A stretch of 63,874 bases of DNA, counting the filler, from Octopus bimaculoides (Eukaryota): the NCBI RefSeq assembly GCF_001194135.2. It is 5 parts of 4 records of this genome, joined end to end, with 100 filler letters (N's around TTAATTAATTAA, not from the genome) between each part and the next. Parts side by side here need not be neighbours in the genome. Positions count along the whole stretch, not along the records: positions 1 to 12,916 come from NC_068986.1; positions 13,017 to 42,307 come from NC_068988.1; 3 more parts are not named here. One strand, written 5' to 3'. Below, in pieces: positions 11,468 through 25,363 of the stretch (positions are counted from its first letter, which is position 1; every line of letters begins with the position of its first letter). A model generated the notes under the pieces. The model did no database searches. It saw only the letters and a program-made list of their open reading frames with translations, and was not told where the DNA came from. A program made the position numbers and the translations under genes.

Positions 11468-11959
11468 CTGCAATACTCTATCGTCATCGAAAATTTGCAG
11501 CCTGTTTATTTATTTATTTTTTTGTGAGTAAACTTTACATATATTTTTTTTTTGTTGTTGCTGTTGTTACTGCTGTAGTTGTACTTTATGTTGTTGCTGC
11601 TGTTGATTTTGTTGTTGTTGTTGTGATCGTAGTTGTTGTTGTTGTGGTTCTTGTCAAATATTGACTTAGATCTCCTTATTATTAATGACTTTAGACACTG
11701 AAGTCACGTATCCTTTGCGCTCCACAAATGTTCGAGAGAACCGATGCTATGAACTTGAGTAAGGGGATATTACTTTCGTTTGTTTTGTTTGTGAGTTAAG
11801 CAGCAATGGATCGAAGGGTCTCGACCGGTTTGGGGTTTTGATCCCTTTAAACAGGAAAACACGTTTTTAAAATTTTATTTTAAGCTCTTCAAAAAATATG
11901 GTACCCGTCGTATTAGACTCATTGTATGAATTTTGACTCAGGAGCTATTAATCTAAGGG

Positions 11960-12470
11960 TGCTGCATAAGGCAGTCTAAATACTCAAGCAGGATGTCCAG
12001 TAACTTCTATTGCTCCTTCGTAGGTTAACCAGCTGAAGGTCTCTGTCAATCACGTGGTACCAGTTCATCCGGAGACCTCACCGGTGTCGTTACCCTAGAG
12101 AGTTCCACTTAAGGTCTTGGTTAGCGAATGTGTTCCTCGGGAGCCTTACTACATGTCGCCATCCATGTCGACGTTTACGGATGTTGATTGGACGGTAGAC
12201 GTTGGTCTGTTCTTCTTCTGACCACTTCGCTGCTATGGGTAACATTAAAAACTTCCTGGACAAAAAGAATATCAAAGGGCATTATCGATACAGGATAAAT
12301 GCTCCAGGCGTTAGTGTAGCCTCTCTAAGATATGCAGAGGGCAACGAGCCATTTCTTTAAGTAGTTGTTCGATACCTGACAATTACTGCAGAGTTATATC
12401 AACCGGCCGCTTTCGCGTATAAAGATTGCTCCCACCTGCCCTCCTTTGACAAGACGGAAAACGGTTTTCC
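11960..12470 (-). mobile_element. RTE-clade LINE 3' fragment
   Basis: Minus-strand ...INIRKRRHGWRHVVRLPRNTFANQDLKWNSLG*RHR.GLRMNWYHVIDRDL resembles the post-RT RTE C-terminus (RRLRWxGHVxRM...W.P.G.R..GRP..TW...I..DL). Confidence 0.65.
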
Positions 12471-12639
12471 AGTTTGGTGAATATTGGTAAAATGATTATA
12501 TGATGGGGACGCTTAAAAGGGCTGGAAACAGAACTAGTCATTCCGATCGAGTGTTACTTCTTCCTGTAGTACTTAAGTTGAAGATGAAAATAGAGTTTGT
12601 TCTCTCAAATATTCGTAGCACTCGGTCGGTTACGACGAC

Positions 12640-12916
12640 AAAGGTTCCAGTTGAACCGATCAACAGAACAGCCTGCTCTTGAAATTAACGTGCAAGTGGC
12701 TGAGCACTCCACAGACACGTGTACCCTTAACGTAGTTCTCAGGGAGATTCAGCGTGACACAGTGTGACAAGGTTGACCCTTTGAAATACAGGCACAACAG
12801 AAACTGGAAGTAAGAGTGAGAGAAAGTTGTGGTGAAAGAATACAGCAGGGTTCGCCACCACCCCCTGCCGGAGCCACGTGGAGCTTTAAGTGTTTTCGCT
12901 CAATAAACACTCACAA
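12640..12916 (+). mobile_element. Interspersed SINE-like repeat body, truncated by gap
   Basis: gatcaacagaacagcctgctcttgaaattaacgtgcaagtggctgagcactccacagacacgtgtaccc... recalled as an abundant octopus short repeat; single copy here, so not verifiable within the window. Confidence 0.45.
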
Positions 12917-12960
12917 NNNNNNNNNNNNNNNNNNNNNNNNNNNNNNNNNNNNNNNNNNNN

Positions 12961-12972
12961 TTAATTAATTAA
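12961..12972. other. Assembly linker TTAATTAATTAA inside a 100-bp N gap (also 42352-42363, 49171-49182, 55418-55429)
   Basis: Identical 12-mer flanked by 44 N on each side in four places; gives stop codons in all six frames. Scaffolding artefact. Confidence 0.95.
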
Positions 12973-13603
12973 NNNNNNNNNNNNNNNNNNNNNNNNNNNN
13001 NNNNNNNNNNNNNNNNTATATATATATATATATATATAAGTAGTATCTGAAATATAAATATTTAATTTCAAATTATAAATATCCTTAAAAGTCACTGAGA
13101 ACCGGATATATTACTACAGATAAAACTGTTGTGAGTAAAAAAATATGCACGTAACTGTAACGTAAGTGTATTTAAATGCATAGTAAATATTGTTTGTACT
13201 AAATTTCAGATATATGGGAATTGTAGCAAAATAGCATAACAACCACTCTGCATAGAAGCGAATTAGATTTAACGGGGTAATTATTAAGCGATATACTCGA
13301 GTTCAGGATAATCTAAATCGTCGCAGCTTATACTCATCAAACTATATAAATGGTGCTATATTTTATATAAAACATAATTTTTCTTGGCGTATCTTCCACT
13401 GCTTGATAAACCGATAGGATTTGAAGTGGCCTCTCTATTTAAATTGTACAGTATGTTGAACCCAAACTCAGTACTGTGCCATTCCATCAGTCGTTATGCT
13501 CAAAGTCACTTCAAAATAATGATCTTCTTTGACACCTACACCTATACACACAATTGCACACTCTTTCATAGATACAGACACTCATAGATACACATGCACA
13601 TAA

Positions 13604-13702
<99 letters not shown>

Positions 13703-15129
13703 CGTATATTCATGTGTGTTTGCGCATCACTGCATTCAGTCACATAAAAAGAACGGGATAAAGCGAAAGGTACTCTTTAACCATTAGAGATGGTAAATTT
13801 ATAATAGAATAATATTATACAGTAATGGTTTCTATATGAGTTGCGGTGTATCATGTTATAATATACAATTGATTGAGACTAAATTCTGAAAAGCAAAAAG
13901 ATGGTCAAACAGCTTTTGCAGACACACATTACCTTAAAAGACGATATTAAATGAAACTGCTTTTGCTCATAGCTTAAGTATTCTTTCGGCACACTTTCGA
14001 TACGATAGAAATAAAAGATATGATATTGATCGTTTGGAAACGCTAAATTCGTTGATACATACATATACATATATGTGTGTGTACGTGTGAGTGTGTGTGT
14101 GTGTATGTGTGCATGTGTGTGTATGTATGCATGCATGCATACTTGTATGTATGTCTGAATGTATGTATGCATGCATGTATGCGTGTATGTATGTATGTAT
14201 GTATGCAAGTATGTATGAATGCATGTATGTATGTGTGTGTGTAGGTATGTAAATAACGTGAATTTGTTCCATTAGCTGCCAGCATCCATCTATAATTTGA
14301 TCTCATTTTCTTATCTACTATTTTGGATCCTGCTACTTAGGTTTTAAGAATAAGAGAGAAAATAACAAGAAGCAGCAATTTTAAAGTCTTATATAAACTT
14401 TTCTGTTACACAACATCTATTTTATGTGTTGAATAGATTTGTATAGAATCCATTTATACTATGTTAACATCTAAACTATTGAGCCAACGAAAGTAGCACA
14501 ACGTGATCGTTCGCTTTCCTATAAATAATGATCAAATCACACTATCACTTCTTAGAGAAACAGGTATCACTCCATAATGTAGCGTGTTATACATAAACCC
14601 ATTCATACACATTTATATGTATAATATATATAATCGTGCACGTATATGTTTGTGTAGAAGTATGTGTACAAAATAAAAGAAAATAAGGTAGAACTCTGCT
14701 TTAAGCAACCCATATAACCCCTCATAAGATTTCTAGTTTTGGGAATTTTCAGATTTTTGCGAATTTCTATTCTACGACACACCGTAGTGTTTAAAAGTGT
14801 TTCTTAGCATGTTGTTACAGCTTCGTATTACTCAGAGTTTCTTAAATGCAGATGACACTCTAGCCTAGCATACGTCTGTCTATGGGCGAAGCTGCTCTAT
14901 GAAGACGAAATCCAAATGCATGAACATATTCACTTCAAAGTGTGCAGGAAATGGGGTGTTGAGAGGTTATACAAATCCTTGCTATATTATGTACGCGTAT
15001 ATACACATACACAGAGACAGACAGACAGACAGACACACACAAACACACACACACACACACTCACACACATACACGCACACATGATGTGCGTATGTGTGTG
15101 CGTGTGTTTAGAGATAGATAGATAGATAA

Positions 15130-15203
<74 letters not shown>

Positions 15204-18077
15204 CTCAAGGTTATATGAAATGTCACGAACTTCTGTAAGAACAGCAACAAGAACAATATTACCTCTTCAGTACAAACAAAGAAACAACGAAGGTTTCTCT
15301 GCATGATAATACACAGGCTAGAAATAGCAGCCTAAGGTTCCTCGAACTAAAGATAATGTGTTAGAAAAGGAAATCCCACATTAAACAGTATAATCATACA
15401 TACAAACTGTCTGGAATAAAAAAAACTACATGTTTATCACCGGCTTACAATAGATCGTGAATTTGCTCGAACAGAGTGGAAGTACAATTACAATAACAAT
15501 GACATCAACTCCTAGTCCGAACGTTTGTGCTTCTACATGGAGGCTCAATGTTTTAGAAATAAGAAGTAGCATTCTTCTTTCTTACAAAAATGAAGAACAT
15601 AGTGAATATATTAATCCCTTGAAAAATTGACTGAAATTTACTGAATTTTATTAGTCGGAAATTTAGACTGATTGAACACTGGCTTGGTATAGTCAGACAA
15701 GGATGACCACAACTTGAGCCACATGGAGCTGAAACCAGGATCCTCTCTTGGAGAATTTAATTCAATATAAATTACGGCCCCAAATCCTTCAAATCATACT
15801 CTGATTAGATAAACTATAACTGAAAAAAAAAAAAAGAAAAATAGACAAAATGTTCATAGATGGATTCTCTTTAATTTTCGGTCTGCTTAATCAGAGATTA
15901 TTTGGAAGTCAAACAGCAACAAATACAACAAATTTCTACTTGTTATCATAACTAGTACATTCAGCAGTATCACTATCAACACCGCCACTAGTATCAGCAG
16001 CAGCAACAACAGTAAAGTTACGAACCAATAAGGAAGTGATTATTAATGTCGCTCTTACTACTACTAGAAACAGCAGTCAAAATCCTTCAAATTTCTGCTG
16101 CGCTTTTGAAGATGGAATTACACCTGAGAAATGATGGGATGATTAAATTTGGAAGCTGAGAAATGGTGGGGTGGTTATAATTACAGACCTAAGAGATCAT
16201 TGCTGGTCTCTGCCAAACAACCTGAACCAAGGAACAAGCGGCTTCATGATCATTGAACGACTTGGAAATAGCAATTTAATTTATCCGCAAATCATTTTAC
16301 TAACTTCAAAAATCAGAACACATAGCATTACGTGGTTTCAGATGCATAATCTGAAGACAATGACAGCTTATTCATGGCTGGCGAACGACTGTTCGTTGAA
16401 GTCTAGTTGATCAAAGCTAACGCAAAACCAAACACAAACATTAGCACAAATAACAACACATATCAGCTAACCAGAGAGCGTCTATGCTATTGCTGAACGT
16501 GCTAGAAATACTAACTAAATCGTCCCAGTATCATTCTCTGCTACCATAGAGAAAAATGACACATTTGATATTTTTGTTCTGATATTCTGAACGCGTACAA
16601 GACAAGATGATCAGACTAGAACGCCTGCTCGTTTAGGGTTGGCTTGGAACCAAATAGCAGCAACGGTAATATCTAATTTAATTAAAGGAGGCGAGAATTC
16701 TTTTATCATTTTTAATTAATATTGTTTTTATATCTTTGTTCTTCATTAAGTAGAAATGGTTATTCGTCTAATTCATACATTGTCATTTATTTGATGATGT
16801 TGTTGGTAGTGTTGTGGTAGCTAATATTGTTGTCATTGTTTTCATGTCCGAGAGAACATTGACTGTCAATAGCAATTTGACAGTGATGTGTCTTTTTAGC
16901 ATATTACTTGGGTGTTTTGAATTAATTGCCCTTGCAACATTTATCAAGCCTATTATTAAGGCGAATTTGTTGTCGGAAACAGAAATAACCACTTTGTAAA
17001 CAAAGAGAAATTGACATCTACCAAGAGTTTGGAAACATTAAGCACTTAAAGACTTTAAACATTTCTATAGATTACCGTCCTGTTGTCTTTGTATGAGATG
17101 GGGGTTGAGCTGAGTTTTAGGCAGGCTATACTGGCTTAAAGGATGCGTTCCGCCTATGAAAATAATAAAAATATATGATTAAGTGCTTGCTAACATTGTT
17201 TAAATTAATTTTAATTATCTCGTCTACCTTTCTTGACCAGAATAAGTAATTAAGCTAATGGTTTTCCCTCCTTATTACGGATGCAATTCTAATTAATTAA
17301 ATTCCTTGAACTCAGTACATTAAGTATGTTAGTACCGATTTAATTATCCTGGTTTAAGCTTGAGTATATATCGATTTAATGTATGGTAAAATTTCTGACG
17401 TTTATTTCATATATTTTTAAAATAAAATGTTTTTAATATGAAGGAAATGAAGTGGGGGATATTATGAAACTTTTTTGCCAATTAATATTTTTTTGGATTT
17501 GTTAATATCCTTATAACGGATGTTTTTCTATGCAAAAAATACTACTTTATTGTTCAGCTTTGCAGGGAACATCGTTCCTCACAATAATTGGGGCAACACC
17601 TGCTTACAGTTAGTGTATGCTAGTGAGTCTGAGGCAATCGGTAATATATCAGCATATCTTGTCGACAAAGGTCTCCAGATACGTCACATGTGACGTGCTA
17701 CCCTTTTCTTGATACGACTATTTTGCAGTTGATCAACATAAAACTAATGTAGCTTTTGTAGAATAGTATTCCGTGCGCGCACTTTGATGTTTAGATTCTT
17801 TAACTGCGTGGAACGGAAACTGCAGAAAACTTGCTAAGTTGCTCAGGGTTCATATGGAACCTCAGAAACTGCCTTAACTCCGCATCGTGCTTGGTCTATC
17901 CGGAGGCCCAAAAGTTAAGTAGTGACATAAATTAGGTTTTTTCCTGAGACTGTGTGACAGCCTAATACATTTCCGATCAGTGGTTTTACTATAATTGGAT
18001 CCATTGTCTGTTTTTCTGTTTTTAACATGTTTTATGCTCGCTTGATTTTCTATTCTTCTACCCAATATAAATACCCT

Positions 18078-18758
18078 ACCCTTTTTAACTAAAACTTATT
18101 ACGCTGCTATAAAATAAATCATTGAAATTATTCTTATTGCTCTTTATGCTTTGTAAAGAGAAAGATGCGAATTTCCCATCAGTAAGTTTTATGTAACTTC
18201 AGTTTTATGCCTAATGGGACTAATATGTGTATGCAGAGCTGTATAAAGTATTTTCATAAGTTTCTCCTAAACGTCCATGTTTTCAAACTTAGTTCTTGTT
18301 TCATACATTTCTGAGTAATATAAAGCTTTTCCTTCATAAGTCCCAAGTTACTCTCTCTCTCTCTCTCTACTTATTGAAAAAACAAAAATGGGAAGGTGTA
18401 TCATATATGATGCATGGGCACAAGGGAAATATGTCCAGTGTATCACGCATGATGCACTGAACAAGCAAAAGGATAAACACTTTTGATTAATCCTTTTCTC
18501 AAAAAAAATAGCAAAAATCTAGAAATACCCTTCCAAATATCGACTCGCTACAGTTAAAGCTGAGCACCAATCACCCTTTTTAACTAAATCACCCTTTTTA
18601 ACTAAAACTTATTACGCTGCTATAAAATAAATCATTGAAATTATTCTTATTGCTCTTTATGCTTTGTAAAGAGAAAGATGCGAATTTCCCATCAGTAAGT
18701 TTTATGTAACTTCAGTTTTATGCCTAATGGGACTAATATGTGTATGCAGAGCTGTATA
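18078..18758 (+). repeat. 168-bp direct repeat (18078-18245 and 18591-18758)
   Basis: accctttttaactaaaacttattacgctgc...gtatgcagagctgtata occurs twice, identical by eye, 513 bp apart; an extra short copy of its first ~17 bp precedes the second unit. Confidence 0.9.
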
Positions 18759-19384
18759 CTAGAGCAAGATGTACTAGAGCGTTCGACTGCTTTCGGTGTG
18801 TCAAAGTATCTAAAGTTGTGTGTATGCCTGGAATAATCATACGTGGATACTGCTCTCTGTTTTGAGTATATTTTCTGTTCTTGTATACGTAAATTTCAAC
18901 TTAATATCCATTAAGTTGTATTCATTGTCTTGCTTTGATTCGATGTAAACACAACTGATTCTTCTTCATTGATATATTGTATATCTCGTCTTTGAACTGG
19001 AGCTTTGTCATCAGTGAAACAAATCATTACTTGATTGGTACGTTATTCCATCGCTCCCTGTTGAAGGAAACTCAAAAGTGGAGCCGGTGCGATGTTTGTA
19101 AATATTTTATAGCAGAATCATTACAGCGTCGAACAAAGTACCTTGCGATATTTGCTTTAGCATTTTTAGTTCTGAATTCAAAACCTGTCGCGTTCATTCT
19201 TGTCTATCTCCATTCAAAGTCAATAGAAGCATGTACCAGTTAGAATACTGCGTCGATATAATTGACTGTGATAGAACCTGGCCTTCTGGTATTTTATGAA
19301 ATACTTCTAGCAGAATCGTTGGAGGGACTGATAAAATGTTTTGGAATATTATTTTCTCTATTTCATATTCTGAGATCAAATAAC

Positions 19385-19500
19385 GCTAAGTTTTGCTTTG
19401 CCTTTCATCCCTCGGTGATCATGAAAATAAAGTAACATTGAGGTACTGGGGTCAACGTAATTGGCTATTCTCTTACCCGAAGGTTGCTAGCATTGTGCAA
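19385..19500 (+). mobile_element. SINE family B, diverged central fragment
   Basis: ctttgcctttcatccctcggtgatcatgaaaataaagtaac...tactggggtcaacgtaattggc resembles the family B core. Confidence 0.55.
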
Positions 19501-19557
19501 CAATTACGAAACAGTTATTATAATTATTATAATTATTTTTATTAATAGTTGTAATAA

Positions 19558-19772
19558 GTCGACAAGCTGGTATGATCATTAGCCCGCCGGACTCAGCACT
19601 TAGCGGCATTTCGTCCGTCTTTACGTTCTGAGTTCAAATTCCTACGAGGTCGAACTTGCATTTCATCCTTTGGGGGTCGATGAAATAAGGAACAGTTGAG
19701 CACTGGGATCGATAGAAGCGACTTACCTGTTTCCCTGAAACTGCTGGCCTTGAGTCAAAATTTGAAATCATT
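19558..19772 (+). mobile_element. SINE family B (tRNA-like head plus conserved central domain)
   Basis: cttagcggcatttcgtccgtctttacgttctgagttcaaattcc...gcatttcatcctttgggggtcgatgaaataag; homologous to 58624-58860; followed by an (ATT)n(GTT)n tail. Confidence 0.85.
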
Positions 19773-19844
<72 letters not shown>

Positions 19845-19980
19845 GCTGTTGTTGTAAGTAGAAGTTCAACACATCTCCACAAGCTACTAAACCTTATAAA
19901 AGGTATTAACAATTGCTGTTGCAGTTTTCGATATATTTTAACTCCCAGACTAATCTACAAGCGTATAAATGTACCCACGC

Positions 19981-20017
<37 letters not shown>

Positions 20018-20730
20018 TGTGTATGCAGATTATTGTAAGTGTTTGTGTGTGTGTGTGTGTGTGCCGGTATATGTGAATTATGTGAAGGTTTGTGTATATG
20101 TTCGGATCATGATACGTGTCTGTTTTAGTATGTGTGCGTGTCCGCCTGGCATTCTTTCTGAGACAATTGTATATCTATTAGTATATGTGCTTGTACTGGC
20201 ATATGTTCGTGATTGTTTGTACATTCTTACAAAGACAATTGGTGCTAAACACTTGGAATGGTTAGATTATTTTCGGAAAAAGCTATTTAGTATAAAAGAC
20301 AAATACCTAATAAAAACCACAGACGTTTGGAGTTAACTTTCTCTTTCGTTGTTTTGTTTTCTGATTTCTTTGGTTGCTTTTAACTCGTTATTCATAAAAT
20401 AACTTTTACCATTTTCAATTTCCTTTTTCTTGCTATTATTTTGCAGCTATTTCACCTTTCATTTTCATTTTATTTTATTTTAACTTTATTTTACTTTCCA
20501 TTTTTTGTCTCCTACCATGATAAATATTGATTTATTTTGATTTGACAAAAGGCTCTATTATATTTTTTTTATTTTTCTATTTCTTATTTTCGATTGTCGT
20601 TTAAAAAATCGTTTTAATATTTTTATCATCTATAGTATTATTATCATCATCATCATAATCATCCTCCTCATCATCATCACCATCATCATCATCATTAACA
20701 TTTTCATTATTATTACTATTATTATTATTA

Positions 20731-20768
<38 letters not shown>

Positions 20769-21364
20769 TTACTTTTTTCTTCAGTTTCTATTTATTTATT
20801 TTTTATAAAAACAGTCACATTGTCTGCAAGGTTAAAACGGTGTACCTGTGACCTCATAGGTCATAAGTTATAAACGTGATACATTATAGCTTCTGTGTTA
20901 TGTGTTAATCAAAGTACATAAAACTCTATTTGCCTCAGTCAACTTTACTAAACGAAGACACAATTCCATCTCATATATGTTTATATAAGCAGTATTGTAG
21001 CTGTGGTCGATCTGAATTTGCATGATCATAAGAACTCCAACCATGCCCATCCTGCCATTTTGCATATTGGCGCTGCATTTTCCCACGTATTCCCAATATT
21101 TCAGAACGCGGAGATTAATTTGGAAGACACGTAGTTATTATTTATCGTCGACAAAATACATCATAGAGGCTGTCTCATGAACAATAGCTGGTACAATTGC
21201 AGGGAAACTATGTTTTCTGATGAATGGAGTGTTGCTTGTTTGTATCTTGTCACACAGAGTTGGTTTTATGCTACTTCTGGTGAGCATTTTCGATTACGTT
21301 CTTTGTTGCAATATTTCGATGTTAAAGAGAGCTGTTTCTGCATTGAGATATATTTTCAATTATG

Positions 21365-21547
21365 TGGCTGTGTGGTAAGTAGCTAGCATGCCAACAACAT
21401 GGTTCCGGGTTCAGTCTCACTGCGTGGCATCTTGGGCAAGTGTTTTCTACTATAGCCTCGGGCCGACCAAAGCCTTGTGGGTGGATTTAGTAGAGGGAAA
21501 TTGAAAGAAGCCCGTCGTATTTATATGTATATATATATATATATATA

Positions 21548-21583
<36 letters not shown>

Positions 21584-21585
21584 TG
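21365..21585 (+). mobile_element. SINE family A, 5' half
   Basis: gtggctgtgtggtaagtagc...ggttccgggttcagtctcactgcgtggcatcttgggcaagtg...gaaagaagcccgtcgtat. Confidence 0.85.
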
Positions 21586-22294
21586 NNNNNNNNNNNNNNN
21601 NNNNNNNNNNNNNNNNNNNNNNNNNNNNNNNNNNNNNNNNNNNNNNNNNNNNNNNNNNNNNNNNNNNNNNNNNNNNNNNNNNNNNNNNNNNNNNNNNNNN
21701 NNNNNNNNNNNNNNNNNNNNNNNNNNNNNNNNNNNNNNNNNNNNNNNNNNNNNNNNNNNNNNNNNNNNNNNNNNNNNNNNNNNNNNNNNNNNNNNNNNNN
21801 NNNNNNNNNNNNNNNNNNNNNNNNNNNNNNNNNNNNNNNNNNNNNNNNNNNNNNNNNTATATATATATACATATATACATATACTCACACACACAAACAC
21901 TCACACACACACACACACAAACACACACGCATTTATATACTTACATTTAATGGATGAAATGTTCTCTTTTCTTTCCCTTTTTCCAAAAACAGGTCATTTT
22001 GATTAATCAGACCTAGGAGTAAAGGCATTCCTGTCATGAACAAACTTCATTTTCTGTAAATACAAAGCCATTTTCTAGTATGTCCTTTCTTAATGAAATT
22101 TGAAGCTGTGATTTCAGAACAATGTGTTTGCTATTTCTAGCAAGGCGAAGAAGTGTACATACATGAGACGTTGGACTACATCCATTGACGTGCATTATAT
22201 CTTTTGGACACATGCCTCTAAGAAAACTGCTCCTGAGTTGGAATAATTAGCAAACTACCATTGCCCGATTACAACATAAGTTCTATAATTATTC

Positions 22295-22408
22295 ACAATG
22301 AAGGACCTTGCTGAAGATAACGATACGCAGCCCGTTCCGAGAATCGAACTCACATTCTCACTATTACAAGCCCGAAGCTGTAACCACATAGGCATGAGCT
22401 TCCCCCCC
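22295..22408 (-). mobile_element. SINE family C head (tRNA-derived), diverged
   Basis: Minus strand has gtggttacagc...gagttcgattctcggaacgggctgcgtatcgttatcttcagcaaggtcc; related to 48925-49038. Confidence 0.55.
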
Positions 22409-22559
22409 CACACACACACACGCGCACACACATATTCATATATATGTAGTTATGCTATGTATGTAAAAATATATATATATAGATATATATTTATATGTGT
22501 GTGTGTGTGTGTATGTATCTATATGTTTATGTATATGAAATCCTATCAATCAAGGATGT

Positions 22560-22875
22560 AATGTTTTATGTCTACTCAAGACATACAGTGAATATGCGCC
22601 GACATATGAGTGCTAAAATCTCAAAGAGAATAAGGGGAGGTAGGAAGGTGGTTTCCTTAATAAAGGATGTGTTCAAAACAGAGACTGACAATATCATACG
22701 CTCCAAACTCCTCATCATACCGGCCTACCTGCCCTTTTAGGCACAAGTAAGACGTGGGCTATGATACAAAGGGGCATCGAAAGATCTATGTTAGGAATCT
22801 CATTACGAGAGCATATTCGAAATGAAATAATTATAGAACGGAACTTAGTAATCGAAGTGATTTGCAGAGTACCGA
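22560..22875 (+). mobile_element. RTE-clade LINE fragment (post-RT region)
   Basis: ...HTVNMRRHMSAKISKRIRGGRK...IKDVFK...IIPAYL...TW...QRGIERSMLGISLREHIRNEII, matching the RTE-1-like C-terminus (ERxMLGISL.E.IRNE). Confidence 0.7.
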
Positions 22876-22984
22876 AAACAAAAGTTTCTCTGGGCCGGAT
22901 ATGTCGTGAGAGAGAGAGAAAGGGGTACGTACGACATGTTTTGTGAATATATATATATTCACAAAAATCAGCAAATTTCATCAG

Positions 22985-23117
22985 CCAGGCCACAGCCATT
23001 TGATCAGCCCTCCGCTATTGTAGAAAACACTTGTTCTATGTGCTGTGCAGTGAGACTTAACCTGGAAATCTGTGGTTGGGAAGCAAACTTCTCGTAACAT
23101 GGCCACACCGGCACCCA
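22985..23117 (-). mobile_element. SINE family A head, minus strand, diverged
   Basis: Reverse complement reads gtggccatgttacgagaagtttgcttcccaaccacagatttccaggttaagtctcactgc...aagtgttttctacaatagc. Confidence 0.75.
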
Positions 23118-23159
23118 TGAAAAATAAATCTTTTATATTTGGATACAAGACCAACAATT

Positions 23160-23325
23160 TTAAGAGAGGTTGTTGTTGATTGTATTAACCCCAAAACTTG
23201 ACAGATATTTTATTTTATCGATTCGTGGAGTTATGAAAGGCAACGCGTTGACTACGACATTAGGAGTTAGCGTACAGAAACGGGAGAAATGCCACTAAGT
23301 ATTTTGGTCGACGCCCTAACGACTC
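23160..23325 (-). mobile_element. SINE family B, strongly diverged, minus strand
   Basis: gattgtattaaccccaaaacttgacagatattttattttatcgatt...atgaaaggcaa...ctaagtattttg...ctaacgactctg follows the reverse-complement family B layout. Confidence 0.5.
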
Positions 23326-25254
23326 TGATAGATATATGTGTGTGTGTATGTGTGTGCATGTGTGTCTGTGTCTGTATCTGTGTGTGTACTATGTTATAAA
23401 TATATAGAAATATTGATTCGAATAATTCATTTCCATTTAATCAAAACTATCTTACACAGGGAAGAGTGTCAATTATGTGATTATAGGATGGGGGTTAAAA
23501 TCTGTTGCAAAATGTCTCTTGCGTTGTAGAGCAAAGCACTTTATTTGATTCATTTTTCTTATCGTTCTCTTACTGGACATGAACATAGAATCAACAATAG
23601 GCTGTGATCGGATTCAAAGAAATATTTGCTTCTTATTCATATGTCAGCTCAGCTGAGAACCAGCCTCTAAACCCTAATTGGAGTCTGGTTGAAGATTTTC
23701 CCATTAATAAATCTATTGAATAAGGATATATGAATAAGTATGTTGTTTATTATTTATTAAACTTATGTCTACTACATTCGGAAACACACATTGGTAGAAC
23801 TTCAGAGAAAACAGATTGCAGTATTTAGTTTAGTCCCTTTATTGTCTGATTAAAATTTTTAATTGTTGATTTTGATTTTCATACTTCTTATGGTTTTTAT
23901 AATAAAGAATCTGTCAAGTGCTCGAGTAAATACACATGAGTATAACATTCTTGTAAAGTTTGTTGTCGTCTTGCAACAACTCAAGATTTTTATTCATTTT
24001 CCATGATGTGTAGTTGGGTCTGGTATTTCGTGAGGAAGGATCCTTCTTTGAAATCGCCCTGGAATTTAAATTTTCTGAGCGGTACATCCTAGCAATACTA
24101 AAATAAACATGTGAAATAGGTGCATATCCTTATGGAGAAACCCATCAATCTTTAGCCATATTTCTTTTTCAAGATCTGAACTATTATTGAGAAACCCACG
24201 TAACACTTGTCCGTTATAGGACAGTTACCGCTAATGCTTATTCGTGTAAGCCTCTCCTGCCCATATCCCCGATTTATCTTCCAATGGTTATGCATCCAGT
24301 AATCTGAGAATTGTAAACTCGGTGGTAGACCTTTGGGTCATGCGTCTATCTGAGAATAACTTCAACCTTTTTCGCACTCGTCTTAAAGACCTGGAAAAAT
24401 GTATACGGGCTTTTATTCATTATCCCTGTCTAAGCCATAAAAATGAACGAATATATCCCATGAATTTCGAGCATGTAAAATGTCTTTGATCGAGAGTAGT
24501 ATCATATTTGAACTCAGCATCATAAATATTGTATCCTACTGCTTACAAGCGATATTTTATCTATATAATTATTAAGACAGCTCTGATACTCATTCAAAAA
24601 TTTAAACCGTGTGATTCATTGAATACTTTTGATACTTTTCCATAATGTTATTTTATCTTTAGTTATAGAAAGTTCGTTCCGAACTTTCCAATTACACAAA
24701 CACATCCTGAACAATTACAAAGTAATCTTATATCTCTTCAGTATCTTCTTTTTGTGTTCTCTTATCATTCTATTTCATGTTCATTAGAGAAAGAAACGGT
24801 ATTTGTCTATATCTTACAACACAAGAATATCCAATTACACAATATAGGAATTTTTAAAAATTTATGTTTTCAATTTAGACTTCTCTGTCACTTTAATCTC
24901 TAATGAAAAGCTTCTTTTTTTTTCTTATTCGCAACACACAAGCTATGATAATTGCTATAGCCAATAACATTATTACTGTTATTCAGTAGTTTATATTTTT
25001 ATTGCGTACTTTCAATCCACTAGTGATAGCAGCTCTATGGGCCTTAGATATGTGCTGCGGTTTGTTTTGGTATTATTACTTTTACTGTGTTTAAAGTGTT
25101 CTGTGTAGGGTGTGCACGGTGCCTAGCCATGCTATTTTCAGTAACTTGTATATATTCGTAAGCGCTGAGCTCTTGGCTACGCATTTGTCTGTATGCTTTT
25201 GACTCTATCTAAAGCACCAATCATTTATAGGGATTGTTTCTGTTCCAGGGTCTA

Positions 25255-25363
<109 letters not shown>

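Noticed and set aside
12961-12972. TTAATTAATTAA palindrome recurring four times
   Set aside because: Always centred in a 100-bp N gap (44 N each side); a six-frame-stop scaffolding linker, not biology. Adjacency across these joins is also uncertain.
20849-20863. TGACCT-N3-AGGTCA everted half-site pair
   Set aside because: Isolated pair with no supporting cluster; expected by chance in 64 kb.
23750-24560. Possible hAT transposase relic on the minus strand (CYTHVYLLEHLTDS vs CxAHxLNL)
   Set aside because: One short loose motif in stop-ridden frames; no TIRs found.
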